Source of the DNA: Raillietiella orientalis | Taxonomy: Eukaryota | Assembly (NCBI GenBank): GCA_036172245.1 | Contig: JAYWIR010000101.1 | Location: forward strand, 124,001-188,000 | Length of the DNA: 64,000 nucleotides | Reading direction: 5' to 3' | Shown: one piece after another, positions 61,701-64,000 of the stretch | Layout of the letters: every line of letters begins with the position of its first letter | Position numbering within the stretch: position 1 is the first letter of the stretch | Notes under the pieces: generated by a model | The model's database searches: none | The model's input: only the letters and a program-made list of their open reading frames with translations | Told to the model about the DNA's origin: nothing | Made by a program: the position numbers and the translations under genes

Positions 61701-63057
61701 TCGTTCAGCAAGCCACCGGCAAGGCGGGGCTTACGTCGTTTCTTGCACTCCATCGAAGCCGCATCAACTGCTGTGGGCTTCAGCTACGGAGGGTGGCTGC
61801 GCTGGCAAGGAAAAATCAAGGATGGATCACCTGTTTCCCCACGAACGGTAGTGCCTGGTTGCAGGAAACCTTTCGCACGTGGGGACAGTTCGGTATGCAA
61901 CCCTCCCATCAAGAACGTAGGTTCCTGTTTGGGTGTTACAGAAGTTGCACGCTCAGTGAGATCATGGAGGATCCTAAGAAGAGAGCGTGGTCAGGAAGAT
62001 CAACCTCGCTGCTGCGCTAGACTTCCTAGTGAAACATCAGGACAGCGATGTTGCGGCGAAGTGGGAGGTTACAATAAAAATCTCAGGGAAGGAGAAGAAG
62101 CAGAGAGAGTGGAAGACGGGCCAGCTAACTGATGCTGCGTCCCTGAGTACGCCTCCTAATGGACTTGTGCGCTGGGGAGCGCTGCTGGATTTTCCGATTG
62201 AACATCTGAAGTGGCCCCCGATTCTTATGAACACTTCCATCCTCCCCATAAAATGGCAAGAGTCAGCATTCCTGTTGCAGCACTGGGGACTCCCCTGCAA
62301 CACCCGTCGAAACCACTGGACCTGGGGAGCGGTGGATCCCAATTGTGTAAGGTGCGGGGAACGGGAGTCCCTCCCCCACCTCCTAGTGGATTGTGTTGCC
62401 CTTCGGCCCCTTTGTTTCCGCTTTGCCGCGGCTATCGGTATCCTTTGCGGCAACCCAGGGACGCACTAAAAGCTTTCTTCGTTGCCGACGCCCTGCGTCC
62501 AGCGTCCTCGATAGCAGCCTTGTGCTGCCTTCGTGGGATCGTCGCCGCCTGAAGAACGGCGACGAGAGGAGCTGGGGATCAGGACGCCATCCAGTGCGCC
62601 TCCCAATTCCTGTGGAGGGCGTCGCGATGGCCCCACCTTGATGTTCATAACGAACAAGAGCTTGCCAGCATCCTGAGAGGGATGATGCGGTCTCAGCAGC
62701 ATCAGTGATCCCTTCCTGTTCCCTTCCACCCATTGTTTCTTTTTGTTTAGTTTTTTTGTTTTTCTAGTTTCCCCTGCTGCCTTGGTGGACCGTACCGGTC
62801 TAGAAACCGGTGAATTGGCAGGCTCCGTGGTTTTCAGCTTCTGGCTGGAGCATTGTCACAGCCATTAATAATTTCTTTATAAAGTTTCTTTTTAAAAAAA
62901 CCACCTGGAGAAATCCGGGTGAAAATCGAAAGCTTTACGCAAATCGACTGCAACCGCAAGGGCTCCAGGCGCCGCATCTTCGTCCCGGCTTCCCTCCCCC
63001 CTGTCAATATAGAGTTCAGGACTTTCCCGACGTAGCTGCGCCTCGCGTTTCTGCAAC

Positions 63058-64000
63058 AGCCAGCCTAAGGCTGCAAAGAAGGCCGTCAGACGTCCGGCGG
63101 AAGTTAAAGGCCCGGAAACTTGCGGATCCGAGGCGGAAGCCGGAAACCCTCCCACCGTCGCCCTCCCGAAGAGGAAGGCGGGCCGGAAGTCGCGCAACTC
63201 TATGCGTGTCGCTCTCCATCTGGCTTAGGAGGAGGAGATGCGCTCGGATGGTGAGGAGGCGATGTCCGCGAGTGTCGCGGGATCCCTCCATCGACAGCAT
63301 CCGGTCGGTCCTTCCTATCGACCTCTGTCCGGCTGCAGACGTTCCGGTCGTTGCTGGAACGCCACCAGCGCAGATGTACAACGACCAGCCGCCTCCCGAA
63401 CAGGAGGCGGCATTACACACGCCACCACCATCATTAGTATGATGCGTGGAATCGCCTTTTGCCAGCAGCGGCATATGGCCTGTTGGAATGTCAACGGGCT
63501 GCGTAGCGAATGCAAGAGGTGTAGCGTGGCGGACACCCTGCGACCTTTCGACCTGGCACTTCTCCAAGAGGTGCATGCCCTCAGAGCAGAGGACGTCCAG
63601 GAAATCGAGTGGCTCACAGGAAGGAGGATAGTTTGGCGTGGTAAAGGAGATCACTCCCGCGGAGTGGCCTTCCAGCTGAAGCCGGCCGTTGCCAATAAGG
63701 TGCGCAGTGCACGATTCGACGAGGAAGGTCGACCTTGTCCTCAAGTGGTCCGAATCGATCGACCTCGTAGTCACGAACCTGTACGCGCCCTGCACCAGCC
63801 ACAGGCGCGCAGAAGGCATTGCGTTCTCACGAAGCCCTGCGGCGAGACTGGCTGGTCGAAGCAGGCGTGCGGCGTGCGCATCTGATAGCGGGAGACTTCA
63901 ACGTCCGCTTGCTGTCGGAAGCGCCCGACATACGAGCACAATTGGTCAACGAATTGTGTGCAGCTATGCACACACGCAACTTGTTGGCCGATGAAGCCGC
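63058..64000 (+). mobile_element. Tx1 C ORF1 end + APE, running off the window
   Basis: Close match to 26590-27535. Confidence 0.88.

Larger units (their letters stand above)
52189..62925 (+). mobile_element. 5'-truncated Tx1 A, split (52189-53100 + 58745-62925)
   Basis: ORF1 QPAPSKA resumes SKSGKKAVRR; TAATG at 59125; disrupted ORF2 59127-62708; 3'UTR. Confidence 0.88.
50040..63057 (-). mobile_element. Tx1 C, split (62926-63057 + 50040-52188)
   Basis: Close match to 43290-45549; TSD tcgacagcttt 52178-52188 / tcgaaagcttt 62926-62936. Confidence 0.88.

Noticed and set aside
5740..62925. Recurring 3' hairpins as a CRISPR or attC-like array
   Set aside because: Irregular kb-scale spacing, both strands, always at an element 3' end
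10032..64000. Many long antisense or alternate-frame ORFs (e.g. 41248-42675, 20545-21753, 30547-31617)
   Set aside because: Shadows of GC-rich Tx1 ORFs; several cross insertion junctions

Overview
Eukaryotic DNA with an AT-rich host background and no recognisable host gene. Bases 1-10,000 are old transposon debris: a pogo/Tigger-type MITE, a second TIR family, a (TA)n(GT)n microsatellite and decayed LINE fragments. From ~10,030 to the window end (54 kb) the sequence is wall-to-wall GC-rich L1/Tx1-type non-LTR retrotransposons. ORF1 carries two CCHC knuckles; ORF2 is APE endonuclease + RT + C-terminal CCHC. About 9 related lineages are present (my ad hoc labels A, A2, B-H), nested in each other and all carrying stops or frameshifts. 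Matching split ORFs and target-site duplications (TSDs) resolves a six-layer and a four-layer Russian-doll stack. Insertion sites recur. Lineage B went five times, always antisense, into the same ORF2 codons (PxGFG[E/D]) of sister elements. Lineage A went twice into the RT KAFD codons. The last 20 nt of B are complementary (16/20) to the B site. This suggests a guild of retrotransposons that target each other, possibly with RNA assistance. All alignments were done by eye; junctions are +/- a few nt.
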